Below are positions 28,885-38,802 of a stretch of 64,000 nucleotides of DNA, one piece after another. The notes under the pieces were generated by a model. The model was not told where the DNA came from. It did not search any database and saw nothing but the letters and a program-made list of their open reading frames with translations. The stretch comes from an uncultured bacterium (lineage in GTDB: Bacteria; Auribacterota; Erginobacteria; Erginobacterales; Erginobacteraceae). The first letter of the stretch is position 1, and every line of letters begins with the position of its first letter. A program made the translations under genes and the position numbers. Location: positions 160,001-224,000 of the forward strand of contig CAWGIE010000026.1 of the NCBI GenBank assembly GCA_963822585.1, given 5' to 3'.

Positions 28885-29110
28885 TGCTTCAGAATTTCAA
28901 TAACGTAGTGTGAAGTGAAAGGTGTAAAGTGGAAAAGTTTCATTACACTTTAAACATTACACTTTACACTACAAGTTGCACCGAAGGCGCTAACTTGCTG
29001 CTTCGGAATTTCAATAACATAGTGTGAAGTGTAAGGTGTAAAGTGGCGAGTTCCATTACACTTTAAACATTACACTTTACACTACAAGTTGCGCCGGAGG
29101 CGCTAACTTG
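28885..29110. repeat. Tandem pair of ~114-bp elements with 7-mer (gtgtaaa/tttacac) palindromic arms
   Basis: tgcttc.gaatttcaataac.tag at 28885 and 28999; both end aagttgc.ccg.aggcgctaacttg. Confidence 0.85.
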
Positions 29111-29114
29111 TTAT

Positions 29115-30872
29115 ATGGATGATCTTGAATATCTGGACCGGTATCGTCATAGCGCGGCCCACGTGATGGCCCAGGCGGTAAAACGCCTCTTCCCGGAAGC
29201 GAAGCTGGGGATCGGCCCTCCTATCGAAGACGGTTTCTACTACGACTTCGATCTCCCCGTTACTTTGACCCCTGAAGATTTCAGCCGGATTGAAGAGGAA
29301 ATGCAGAGGATAGTCGATGCCGATCTGCCTTTCCAGCGGGAGGAACTCTCTTTCGAGGCGGGAAAGGAGCTGCTCGCCGGGCAGGGAGAGACCTACAAGC
29401 TGGAACTGTTGGAAGGTCTGAAAGGAGAAACAATCAGCATTTACCGGACCGGGGATTTCGTGGACCTCTGTCGCGGCCCCCACCTGGAAAGCACCGGGCA
29501 GATCAAGGCTTTCAAGCTCCTGAGCGTGGCGGGGGCTTACTGGAAAGGCGATGAGCAGCGCCCGATGCTGCAGCGGATCTATGCCACCGCCTTCACGGAT
29601 AAAAAAAACCTGCGGGAATATCTGGCCGGGATTGAAGAGGCCAAGAAGAGGGATCATCGAAAACTGGGCCGGGAGATGGATCTCTTCAGCTTTCACGAGG
29701 AAGCCCCCGGCGCTCCCTTTTTTCATCCCCGCGGGGTTGTTCTTTACCGGACGCTTTTGGATTTCTGGCAGGAAGTCCATCGGGAACACGGCTATCAGGA
29801 AATCATGACGCCGCTCATTCTCCGTGATGAACTCTGGCATCGAAGCGGACACTGGGATCATTACCAGGATCACATGTACCTGAGCGTGATCGGAGAGCAG
29901 ACGTATGCCGTCAAGCCGATGAACTGCCCCGGAACGCTCCTTTACTACAAGGAGAATCAGCATTCCTACCGTGAACTGCCGCTCAAGATAGCCGAACTGG
30001 GGCGTGTTCATCGTCGGGAGATGACCGGGGTATTGCACGGCCTCTTCCGGGTGCAGAGTTTCGTTATTGATGACGCCCATATCTTCTGCCTGCCGGAACA
30101 GATCACCGCGGAGATAATGAAGGTGACCGAGTTGATTCTCTCGATATACCGGGCGGTGGGGTTTAACCAGTTCGAGATCGAAATTTCCACCCGGCCCGAG
30201 TCTTCGATCGGCAGTGATGAAGATTGGGAGCTGGCTACCCGGAGCCTGCGCGAGGCGCTTGACCTCAACGGCATCTCTTATTCGATCAGCGAGGGAGAGG
30301 GAGCCTTCTACGGCCCGAAGATCGATTTTCATATTCGGGACTGCCTGAAGCGGAGTCATCAATGCGGAACGATTCAACTCGATTTTTCCATGCCCGCCCG
30401 TTTTGACCTGGAATACGTCGGAGCGGACGGGCTGAAACACAGGCCGGTCATGATCCACCGGGCCGCTTTCGGTTCGATCGAACGTTTTCTGGCTATCCTG
30501 CTCGAGCATTACGGAGGACTTCTTCCTCTCTGGCTGGCGCCGGTTCAGGCTATTGTTTTGCCGATCTCCGAGAAAACAATCGATTACGCCCGGGAGGTCA
30601 GACAGAAGCTGGAGATGGCGGGCATCCGGGTCGATCTGGACGACCGCAATGAGAAGATCGGCTATAAGATCCGTTCCGCCCGTCTCCAGCGGATACCGTA
30701 TATGCTGGTCGTGGGACCGGCGGAAGCGGAAGCCGGTACGATATCGGTGCGGAGTTCGCAATCCGGGCAGCTGGGTGATTGGCCCGTCGAAAAATGCGTC
30801 GAGACATTGAAACGGGAGATCCAAGACCGAGTTAATCCGAACCAGTCCTGTCCGCAAAGCGGACAGGACTGA
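29115..30872 (+). CDS. thrS: Threonine--tRNA ligase (lacks the N-terminal TGS domain)
   Basis: RHSAAH, DLCRGPH, RDHRKLG, KPMNCP, AFYGPKID, HRAAFGSIER. Confidence 0.97.
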   Translation: MDDLEYLDRYRHSAAHVMAQAVKRLFPEAKLGIGPPIEDGFYYDFDLPVTLTPEDFSRIEEEMQRIVDADLPFQREELSFEAGKELLAGQGETYKLELLEGLKGETISIYRTGDFVDLCRGPHLESTGQIKAFKLLSVAGAYWKGDEQRPMLQRIYATAFTDKKNLREYLAGIEEAKKRDHRKLGREMDLFSFHEEAPGAPFFHPRGVVLYRTLLDFWQEVHREHGYQEIMTPLILRDELWHRSGHWDHYQDHMYLSVIGEQTYAVKPMNCPGTLLYYKENQHSYRELPLKIAELGRVHRREMTGVLHGLFRVQSFVIDDAHIFCLPEQITAEIMKVTELILSIYRAVGFNQFEIEISTRPESSIGSDEDWELATRSLREALDLNGISYSISEGEGAFYGPKIDFHIRDCLKRSHQCGTIQLDFSMPARFDLEYVGADGLKHRPVMIHRAAFGSIERFLAILLEHYGGLLPLWLAPVQAIVLPISEKTIDYAREVRQKLEMAGIRVDLDDRNEKIGYKIRSARLQRIPYMLVVGPAEAEAGTISVRSSQSGQLGDWPVEKCVETLKREIQDRVNPNQSCPQSGQD

Positions 30873-31059
30873 ATCTGGTTGGTTTTTAAGAATGCCGACC
30901 CGTTCATTAATCGCAAATAGGATAATGCAATAAAATGACCGTTCCGGCATGAAATGTTTGACTCAAACTGATTCTCTGATCGTTATCAATCTGTTCTGGT
31001 TTCGAACAAAATGTTATAAACTATTTTTTACGAAGTAAAAAATAAGGAGGTGATCGACG

Positions 31060-31587
31060 ATTCGAAATAATATTTTTATCAACAACGATATCCGTGCCAA
31101 TAAAGTCAGAACCATTGATACGGATGGTACTCAGCTGGGGATACTGCCCTTGTCCGAGGCTCTGAACCTGGCCAGGGAAAAATACCTGGATCTGGTCTGC
31201 GTCTCGCCGCAGTCAATCCCTCCGGTTTGCCGCATTCTCGATTACGGAAAGTATAAATACGAGTTAAGCAAGCGGGAGAAAGAGGGAAAGAAGCAGGCGC
31301 ATGCCGGGCGAATGAAGGAAATCAAGCTCAAGCCCCGGATCGAGGAGCACGATTATCAGGTCAAACTGCGCAAAGCGGTTGAATTCCTGCAGCGGGGTGA
31401 TAAATTACGGCTGACGCTGACCTTCCGCGGCCGGGAAATGGTCCGCCAGGATCTGGGGCGCCATATCTTGGACAGGATGATCGATGACCTGAAAGAATAC
31501 GGTTTGCTGGAAGGGAATTCCCGGATGATGGGACGGCGACTGACGATCGTTTTGAGCCCTCTGCAAGCTCGTCCTCAGGTGTCCTGA
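31060..31587 (+). CDS. infC: Translation initiation factor IF-3 (ATT start)
   Basis: AAGGAGGTGA RBS, then in-frame ATT CGA AAT...; PPVCRILDYGKYKY, KEIKLKP, FRGRE. Confidence 0.93.
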   Translation: MRNNIFINNDIRANKVRTIDTDGTQLGILPLSEALNLAREKYLDLVCVSPQSIPPVCRILDYGKYKYELSKREKEGKKQAHAGRMKEIKLKPRIEEHDYQVKLRKAVEFLQRGDKLRLTLTFRGREMVRQDLGRHILDRMIDDLKEYGLLEGNSRMMGRRLTIVLSPLQARPQVS

Positions 31588-31681
31588 AAAAAACGTCCTG
31601 CCCGCGGCGGAAAGGTGGTATTCACCCGGCGGTTACATACGGTTATTCTCAATCCGTAAAAATGATACGGGAGTCTGTCTT

Positions 31682-31870
31682 ATGCCTAAATTAAAAAGTA
31701 AGAAAGGAGTCCGGAAGCGGATCCGCATCTCCAAACAAGGAAAGGTACAGTTCAAGCCTTCGGGGAAGGGTCATCTTCTCACCACGAAAAGCCGGAAACG
31801 GAAGAGGAGACTGCGCACCGGCGTTACCCTGGAAGGAGCCATGGCCAAGAAGCTCAGAAAGCTTGTATAG
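31682..31870 (+). CDS. rpmI: 50S ribosomal protein L35
   Basis: MPKLKSKKGVRKR...GKGHLLTTKSRKRKRRL; synteny. Confidence 0.93.
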   Translation: MPKLKSKKGVRKRIRISKQGKVQFKPSGKGHLLTTKSRKRKRRLRTGVTLEGAMAKKLRKLV

Positions 31871-31973
31871 CCTGTATATAATATATCGTTACCTATCGGA
31901 GAAGAGAAAGCAGTCTACTGTAGCCGCAACAGGAGTTGCTACCGGTAACATCTACAACTAACGAGGGATACTC

Positions 31974-32333
31974 ATGACCAGATCTACAACAGGACCGGCC
32001 AGTCACCGGCGCCGGAAAAAAATACGCCAACAGGCCAAAGGGTTCCGGGGGGGGAGAAGCAAACTGCATCGGACCGCGCGGGAAGCGGTCATGCGCTCCA
32101 TGGCCCAAGCCTATCGAGGGCGCAAGCAGAAAAAGCGGGATTTCCGTGCTCTCTGGATAACCAGGATCCGGGCCGGGGTCAAACGGGAAGGGATTTCTTA
32201 TTCGCGGTTTATGGGACTGCTCGGCAAGGCCGGGATATCGGTAAACCGCAAGATCATGTCCGAGCTGGCGATACATCACCCGGATGTTTTTTCCCGCCTG
32301 GTTCAATCGGTACAAGAAACCGCCGTCTCATAG
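31974..32333 (+). CDS. rplT: 50S ribosomal protein L20
   Basis: AKGFRGGRS...RKQKKRDFRALWITRI...YSRF...NRK. Confidence 0.95.
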   Translation: MTRSTTGPASHRRRKKIRQQAKGFRGGRSKLHRTAREAVMRSMAQAYRGRKQKKRDFRALWITRIRAGVKREGISYSRFMGLLGKAGISVNRKIMSELAIHHPDVFSRLVQSVQETAVS

Positions 32334-32715
32334 TGATACGACTCCGCCGGTCAGGAAACACTTTCCGGGGAAAAGTACCGGCTTGTCCCCGGAACGGTGT
32401 TTCCCGGCGCTTTATCCCGCCTCATTTCTGAAGACTTCACCGGAGTAACCCCGGCAAAGATTATAGGTATACCTTACTCGAAAAGGTATTTTGAAAATAT
32501 TACCTGGAACAACAATGTGATTCACCACGAAGGACACGAAGAACACGAAGCTATTTTTGAGAAGAACAAGAGTTAGCTCATTTTTTTAAAAAATCTTCGT
32601 GATCTTCGTGTTCTTCGTGGTTTTAATTTAGATATATTTTAAGGTCTACATTTTTCGAACAGGACTTAGTCAGTCGAAGCCGTCTATCACTGCATTGTAA
32701 GAGCGAAGGGAGTTC

Positions 32716-33738
32716 ATGGTGGAAAAAGATCTCCAGCAGGTTACTCGTGAGGCAACGGCCGCTCTGGAATCCGTCTCTGATGAGGAAGCTCTGGAAAACG
32801 TCCGGGTCGCCTACCTGGGCCGAAAAGGCAAATTAACGGCCCTTACCCGCTCGATTGGAAAGATCCCCCCCGAAGATCGACCCCGGATGGGTGAGTTGCT
32901 CAACCGGCTGAAAACAGATCTCCAGGATCGTTTCGACCGGGCCCGGGAAAATCTCCGGAAGAAAAAAAACGAGGAGGAGATCGGGAAAGAGGCGATCGAT
33001 GTCACCCTTCCCGGCGTTTCTTTCACGCGGGGGCGACGTCATCCGATCACCGTAATCCTGGATGAAGTGATAGATATATTTTCCGGCTTCGGCTTCAAGC
33101 TGGAAGAAGGCCCGGAGATAGAGACCGAGTATTATAATTTTGACGCGCTGAATATGCCCGCGGACCACCCGGCCCGGGATATGCAGGACACTCTCTATCT
33201 CCGCCCGGGCGTCGTCCTCAGGACTCACACGTCCCCGGTTCAGATCAGGACCATGGAAAAGCAGAAACCGCCTCTGCGTATGATCTGCGCCGGCAAGGCC
33301 TTCCGGGCCGACACGGCCGACGCCTCGCACTCTCCCATGTTCCACCAGCTGGAGGGGCTGATGGTGGATACCCGGGTGACACTGGCGGAATTGAAGGGTG
33401 TTTTAACCGCCTTTGCCCGGCAGCTGTTCGGGGAACAAACCCGTCTTCGCTTTCGGCCCAGTTTTTTCCCCTTTACCGAACCAAGCGCGGAGGTTGATAT
33501 CTCCTGCGTGGTCTGCAACGGGAAGGGGTGCCAGCTCTGTTCCCGACGGGGGTGGCTTGAAATTCTGGGCGCCGGCATGGTTGATCCGGAAGTTTTTAAA
33601 GCGGTTGGATATGATCCCGAAAAATACACCGGCTTTGCTTTCGGGATGGGTATCGAACGGATTGCCATGCTCAAGTACGGCATCAACGACATCCGGCTTT
33701 TTTTCGAGAACGACCTCCGATTCCTTCATCAATTTTAA
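32716..33738 (+). CDS. pheS: Phenylalanine--tRNA ligase alpha
   Basis: HPARDMQDT, LRTHTSPVQ, FPFTEPS, GFAFGMGIER. Confidence 0.97.
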   Translation: MVEKDLQQVTREATAALESVSDEEALENVRVAYLGRKGKLTALTRSIGKIPPEDRPRMGELLNRLKTDLQDRFDRARENLRKKKNEEEIGKEAIDVTLPGVSFTRGRRHPITVILDEVIDIFSGFGFKLEEGPEIETEYYNFDALNMPADHPARDMQDTLYLRPGVVLRTHTSPVQIRTMEKQKPPLRMICAGKAFRADTADASHSPMFHQLEGLMVDTRVTLAELKGVLTAFARQLFGEQTRLRFRPSFFPFTEPSAEVDISCVVCNGKGCQLCSRRGWLEILGAGMVDPEVFKAVGYDPEKYTGFAFGMGIERIAMLKYGINDIRLFFENDLRFLHQF

Positions 33739-33742
33739 TTTT

Positions 33743-33836
33743 GCTACCAAGGCACTAAGGCACCAAGAAACAATAAAAGGGTGTACAATGCTCACCTTAT
33801 TCATTTTTTTCTTGGTGTCTTGGTGACTTAGTGGCA
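33743..33836. repeat. Palindrome with caccaag/cttggtg arms, family C
   Basis: Second copy at ~38639-38722 with a similar core (aaagg.gt.aa...caccttatt). Confidence 0.75.
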
Positions 33837-33897
33837 AAAAAAGCAACTAAGATAACAATTTTAGATTTTGTTTTATGATAACCAGGAATTAGCGTTT

Positions 33898-34000
33898 TGG
33901 CGTGAATAGTTGGATTGAAACTAATCAGAATAACGCAAACAATCTTCTTCTATTGTAAGATAAAATAACTCACTAAATTAGCGCCGGAGGGGCTAATTTA
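33898..34000. repeat. ~105-bp dispersed repeat upstream of pheT, also found upstream of nadK (~46185-46287)
   Basis: ggcgtgaat.gttggat..aaactaatca...aataa.tcactaaattagcgccggagg.gctaattta in both. Confidence 0.8.
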
Positions 34001-34002
34001 TT

Positions 34003-36402
34003 ATGAAAGTTACTTATAATTGGTTGCGGGAATTTGTCCCGATCGACCTTGACCCGGAAGAACTGGCCGAGCGGCTGACCCTTTCCGGAGCGGAAGTGGA
34101 ACGTGTCGAGAAGATCCGTCCCTCCTTCTCCGGCGTAGTGACCGGACGGATCATCTCCCGGGAGCCCGGCTCCGCTCGGCCGGAATGGAGCTGGTGTCGG
34201 GTTGATATCGGCTCAGGCGAGATAACCACTCTTTGCGCGGCGCCCAATGTGTCAGAGGGACTTATCACCGCCGTGGCCCTGCCGGGGGGGGAGCTGGCCG
34301 GGGGGACGCGGATTGACAAAAAGAAAGTCGATGGGCGTATTTCCGAGGCCGTTCTCTGCTCCGAAAAAGAACTGGGACTGGGGGAGAACGATCAGGGTAT
34401 TCTGGAACTCCCCGCGTCACTACGGCCCGGGGTTCCCCTGGCTGAGGCGCTGGAGTTGGATGATGCGATACTCGATATCGATGTCACCCCCAATCGCCCC
34501 GACCTTCTGAGCGTCAGGGGGGTCGCCCGGGACATCGCCGCCCTGACCGGGAGAGAGATGTCCGGGCGGGAAGTCTGTCTGCCGGAAATACCCCCGTCGA
34601 TCGGGGATGAAACCACGGTAGTCGTCAGGAATTATGATCTCTGCCCTCGATACTGCGCCCGTCTCATCCGGGGGGTCACCATCCGGGAGAGCCCGTTCCG
34701 GATCCACCGCCGGTTAACGCTCTGCGGTATCAAGCCGGTCAACAACGTTGTCGATGCCACCAACTATGCTCTCCTGGAACTGGGCCATCCCCTCCATGCG
34801 TTTGATCTTGATCGGCTGGCCGGCAGGAAGATCATTGTTCGCACCGCCGAGAAGGGGGAAAACATTGTCACCATCGACGGTGATACTCGCCCTCTGCTCC
34901 CTTCCATGCTGGTCATCGCCGACGCGGAGAAGCCGGTGGCGGTCGCCGGTGTCATGGGGGGACTCTTCTCCGAGATCGGCGATTCCACTACCACCGTATT
35001 GCTGGAGAGCGCGTACTTTTCTCCGATCGGCGTCCGCCGCACCGCCCGGATGCTGGGGATGAGTACGGAAGCCTCCCGAAGATTTGAACGGGGGGCTGAT
35101 CCCCGGATCGCCCCCGCTGCCCTGAACCGGACCGCCGGCCTGATCCTTGACCTGGCGGGGGGGGCCGTGGCGGAGGGAGTCATCGATAGGAAAAAGGATG
35201 ATTTTACACCCCGCGTCGTCTGTCTGCGCCCTTCGCGCGCGAACCAACTCCTTGGCTACACCCCGGACCCGGAAGTGATGAAGGAATCGCTCCTCCGCCT
35301 GGGGATGGAACTGCGGGACCAGGCGGAAGACCGGCTTGATTTTTCCGTTCCGACCTGGAGGCCCGATCTTCTCCGCGAAGTCGATCTGATCGAGGAGGTC
35401 GCCCGGATCGCCGGTTTCGATAAAGTGCCGGCGATCATGCCGGTGAGCCGGATAGCCTGCCGGGAAAAACCACGCGGGCAGGTCATCGCGGACCGGGTCA
35501 GGGAGATACTGTGCGGGGCGGGACTGGAAGAGGTGATCTCATATAGTTTCATGGGGCCGAAATCCCTGGACCGCCTCCTGCTGCCGCCCGGAGATCCGCT
35601 ACGCCGCGCGTGCGTTATTTCCAACCCGGTCAACAAGGAACAGGGTCTGCTGAGAACCACTCTCATCCCGGGGTTGCTCGAAATCGTGGGGAGAAACATG
35701 AATCAAAAAATCCCCCGGGTCAGTATCTTCGAACTGGGAAAAGTCTTCGGCAACGACGAGTCGCCGGCGGACGGTGAACGAATGCTGCTCTCGCTTCTCC
35801 TCTGGCGCCCCAGCGGGAAGGCCGACTGGTGCCGTCCCGATCCGGTGCTTGATTTCTATACTCTGAAAGGTTTATTGGAGCTGCTGGCCGGCCGCATGGG
35901 GACGGAGAGATTGACCTGTGTCCCGCAGGATCATCCCGTATTGCAACCCGGCCAAAGCGCCCGGGTGATGATCGGAGATGCGGGGATCGGCGTAGCCGGC
36001 AAGGTTGCCCCTGCGGTGCTCGATAACTATTCGATTGTTTCACCCGTTTATCTGGCCGAACTGGATATGAAACCATTCCGGGGGACGGAAGAAATCACCC
36101 CCCGCTTCCGGAGTCTGGCCCAGTATCCCGCGGCCCGACGGGACATGGCAATGATCGTTGACGAGTCGGTTCCCTACGGGGCGGTACGGGAGGCTATCGA
36201 GACTCACCGGCCGGCGCTGCTGGAGGAATATGATCTCTTCGATCTCTACCGGGGCGCCCCGATTCCGGAAGGGAAAAAAAGTTTTGCCTTCAGCTTGAAA
36301 TACCGGTCTCCCTATGATACTCTTTGTGAAGAAACAGTGAATCAGATCCACGGCGCGTTCCAGAAATCACTGGTAAATGCGCTCGATTGCAGTTTCAGGT
36401 AA
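34003..36402 (+). CDS. pheT: Phenylalanine--tRNA ligase beta
   Basis: WLREFV, TPNRPD, NNVVDATNY, RFERG, PTWRPDL...DLIEEVAR, FDX-ACB tail. Confidence 0.97.
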   Translation: MKVTYNWLREFVPIDLDPEELAERLTLSGAEVERVEKIRPSFSGVVTGRIISREPGSARPEWSWCRVDIGSGEITTLCAAPNVSEGLITAVALPGGELAGGTRIDKKKVDGRISEAVLCSEKELGLGENDQGILELPASLRPGVPLAEALELDDAILDIDVTPNRPDLLSVRGVARDIAALTGREMSGREVCLPEIPPSIGDETTVVVRNYDLCPRYCARLIRGVTIRESPFRIHRRLTLCGIKPVNNVVDATNYALLELGHPLHAFDLDRLAGRKIIVRTAEKGENIVTIDGDTRPLLPSMLVIADAEKPVAVAGVMGGLFSEIGDSTTTVLLESAYFSPIGVRRTARMLGMSTEASRRFERGADPRIAPAALNRTAGLILDLAGGAVAEGVIDRKKDDFTPRVVCLRPSRANQLLGYTPDPEVMKESLLRLGMELRDQAEDRLDFSVPTWRPDLLREVDLIEEVARIAGFDKVPAIMPVSRIACREKPRGQVIADRVREILCGAGLEEVISYSFMGPKSLDRLLLPPGDPLRRACVISNPVNKEQGLLRTTLIPGLLEIVGRNMNQKIPRVSIFELGKVFGNDESPADGERMLLSLLLWRPSGKADWCRPDPVLDFYTLKGLLELLAGRMGTERLTCVPQDHPVLQPGQSARVMIGDAGIGVAGKVAPAVLDNYSIVSPVYLAELDMKPFRGTEEITPRFRSLAQYPAARRDMAMIVDESVPYGAVREAIETHRPALLEEYDLFDLYRGAPIPEGKKSFAFSLKYRSPYDTLCEETVNQIHGAFQKSLVNALDCSFR

Positions 36403-36420
36403 ACGTCATATTTAACACTG

Positions 36421-36710
36421 CGACAGTCGGTTAGGCAGCGGTTATCCGTCGTTGATCGTAGCAGAAGACGGCGGTATAGCCGTGTAGAACGGCAACAACC
36501 GGGTATTTGCGAAATTTTCTCAGCACGATTATTTTGCTGATTTTTGATGTACAATTCCGCATTCAGGGTCACATAAGTGGGCACGAACAGGGATACAGCC
36601 AGAAAGCATTGTTGTAACATGATCGGATAATTCCCTCTTCCCGTCCCCGTGTCCGGCCCGCGGCCCGGAAGTCGCCTTGCCCAACCGCTGTTGTCGGGCA
36701 AGGTTTTTTT
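36421..36710. ncRNA. Long rod-like RNA candidate (6S-like or attenuator leader) ending in an intrinsic terminator
   Basis: Nested pairings ttatccg/cggataa, ggcggtat/atacagcc, tgcgaaatt/aattccgca, tcagca/tgctga; ccttgccc..gggcaagg plus T-tract just before rarA. Confidence 0.45.
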
Positions 36711-38033
36711 ATGGACCTTTTTCATGATGATGCCGCGGTCGCGGAGAACATGGAACATGCCCCGCTCGCTTACCGGATGCGGCCGCGTTCGCTCTCCGAG
36801 ATGGCCGGACAGGAAGAACTCCTGGGGGAAGGCAGGCTCCTCCGCCGGTTGATCGAGGAAGACCGGATACAGTCCGCGATTTTTTTCGGTCCTCCCGGAA
36901 GTGGCAAAACCAGTCTGGTACGGATTATCGGCGACACGACGAAATCCTTCTTTGCCACTCTGAGCGCGGTCACCTCGAATGTCGCCCGGGTCAAGGAGGT
37001 GATCGCCGGGGCAAAGAACCGCCGGGCCACGACCGGTACGCCAACCCTTCTTTTCGTGGATGAGTTCCACCGTTTCAACCGGGCCCAGCAGGAAGTTCTT
37101 CTGCCCCATATTGAAGACGGGACCATCTCCTTCATCGGTCTTACCACCAGCAACCCGTTCCATGCCATGGCCCCGGCGCTTCTTTCCCGTTCCCATCTTT
37201 TCCAATTCCGGGCCCTCAGCCCCGATACAGTCAGGCGTATCGTGGAACAGGCTCTCTCCGATCGGGATCGGGGACTGGGCAAGAACCCGGTAGCCATGAC
37301 GGAGGAGGCGATCACCTTTCTCATCCGCGTCGCCGAGGGAGACGCCCGCCGGGCCCTGAATACTCTGGAACTGACGGTGCTGACCGCCCGGGCTGATGAA
37401 TCGGGAAAGGAGACCATCACCCCGGCGGCCGTGGCGGAAGCCGCCCAGAAAAAACTCATTTCCTATGACCGGGAAGGTGATGAGCATTATGACACCATCT
37501 CGGCTTTCATTAAAAGTATCCGCGGAAGCGATCCGGACGCGGCTCTTTATTGGCTGGCCAAGATGATCCGGGGCGGTGAAGATCAGCGCTTTGTCGCCCG
37601 CCGGCTGGTCATCCTGGCTTCCGAGGACATCGGCAATGCCGATCCCGGCGCCCTCACCATGGCCATGAACGCCGCCCGGGCCGTTGAATACGTGGGAATG
37701 CCGGAAGGAGAACTGATCATGGCCCAGGCGACCGCCTACCTGGCGACCGCTCCCAAGAGTAACGCCTGTTACCGGGGGTTGCAAATGGCACTGCGGGATA
37801 TCGACACCAAGCAGGTGCAGCCGGTCCCGGCCCATCTGAAGAATGTTCCGCCCGGGAAGGGGGGTTCGGCGGAAGAAAAGAAACGCTATCTCTATCCTCA
37901 CGATTATCCCGGGGGATGGGTCGAACAGCCTTATCTGACAATCAAGAAGAAATACTATTGCCCGACCGACCGCGGCTATGAGGCCGTTATCCGAAAAAGG
38001 ATGAAGACTTTAAAATCCGATTCTTCGGTGTAA
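36711..38033 (+). CDS. rarA: Replication-associated recombination protein A
   Basis: PLAYRMRP, GPPGSGKT, DEFHRFN, HYDTISAFIKSIRGSDPDAA, YLYPHDYP. Confidence 0.95.
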   Translation: MDLFHDDAAVAENMEHAPLAYRMRPRSLSEMAGQEELLGEGRLLRRLIEEDRIQSAIFFGPPGSGKTSLVRIIGDTTKSFFATLSAVTSNVARVKEVIAGAKNRRATTGTPTLLFVDEFHRFNRAQQEVLLPHIEDGTISFIGLTTSNPFHAMAPALLSRSHLFQFRALSPDTVRRIVEQALSDRDRGLGKNPVAMTEEAITFLIRVAEGDARRALNTLELTVLTARADESGKETITPAAVAEAAQKKLISYDREGDEHYDTISAFIKSIRGSDPDAALYWLAKMIRGGEDQRFVARRLVILASEDIGNADPGALTMAMNAARAVEYVGMPEGELIMAQATAYLATAPKSNACYRGLQMALRDIDTKQVQPVPAHLKNVPPGKGGSAEEKKRYLYPHDYPGGWVEQPYLTIKKKYYCPTDRGYEAVIRKRMKTLKSDSSV

Positions 38034-38035
38034 AG

Positions 38036-38611
38036 ATGAAGCACAATATCAGATCGGAAATACTCCGGAAGAGAAATGCCCTGACCCGGGAGGAGATCCT
38101 GTCAAAAAGCCTGCTTATCGATGAAAGCCTCCGAAGGTGCCCGGATTACCGGGACGCGGAAACCGTCATGTTCTATGTATCCCGGGGCAGCGAAGTCCAT
38201 ACCGGCCGGATGATCAGCCGGGCGCTCCGGGAAGGACATCGGGTCGTCGTCCCCCTCACCCGGGTCGAGGAGAAAAATTTGCGGGCGATGCTCATTCAGG
38301 ATCCGGAGGAAGATCTTGCCCCCGGTTTCCGGGGCATCCCGGAGCCGATCCCCGGCCGGAGGCAAGAAGTGGCCCCGGAGGAACTGGACCTGATCGTCGT
38401 CCCCGGCGTTGCTTTTGACCCGGCCGGCAATCGTCTGGGCATGGGACAGGCATATTACGATGCTTTTCTGAAGAAGGTCCGCTCGGACGCTGCCAAGATC
38501 GCCCTGGCGTTCGAGTGTCAGGTGATTGATAACATCCCCACCGCTCACCATGACGTAGCGATGGATGCGGTTATCACGGAGGACCGTATCATCGATTGCC
38601 GTAGTATCTGA
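38036..38611 (+). CDS. ygfA: 5-formyltetrahydrofolate cyclo-ligase
   Basis: GIPEP, DLIVVPGVAFD..GNRLGMGQAYYD, HDVAMD. Confidence 0.92.
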   Translation: MKHNIRSEILRKRNALTREEILSKSLLIDESLRRCPDYRDAETVMFYVSRGSEVHTGRMISRALREGHRVVVPLTRVEEKNLRAMLIQDPEEDLAPGFRGIPEPIPGRRQEVAPEELDLIVVPGVAFDPAGNRLGMGQAYYDAFLKKVRSDAAKIALAFECQVIDNIPTAHHDVAMDAVITEDRIIDCRSI

Positions 38612-38802
38612 TGTACCACTTCAGAATTAAAAATTATTAGCCACCAAGACACAAAGACACCAAGAAAGAGGAAAAAGTGTAAAAGATTCACCTTATTTGT
38701 TTTTCTTGGTGTCTTAGTGGCAAAAGTTGCGAGCGAAACGAGATAATTTATTTCCGAAGGAAAAAGAAATAAAAACAATAATCCGTAAATGAGGTGAATA
38801 TA

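Noticed and set aside
28830..29114. T-box leader for thrS
   Set aside because: No T-box consensus; the region is a tandem pair of repeat elements
29103..30950. 615-aa minus-strand ORF, and similar long antisense ORFs at 14889-16697, 25437-27041, 36342-37901, 38545-40023, 59453-61411
   Set aside because: Shadows of well-supported plus-strand genes in GC-rich DNA; no recognisable motifs
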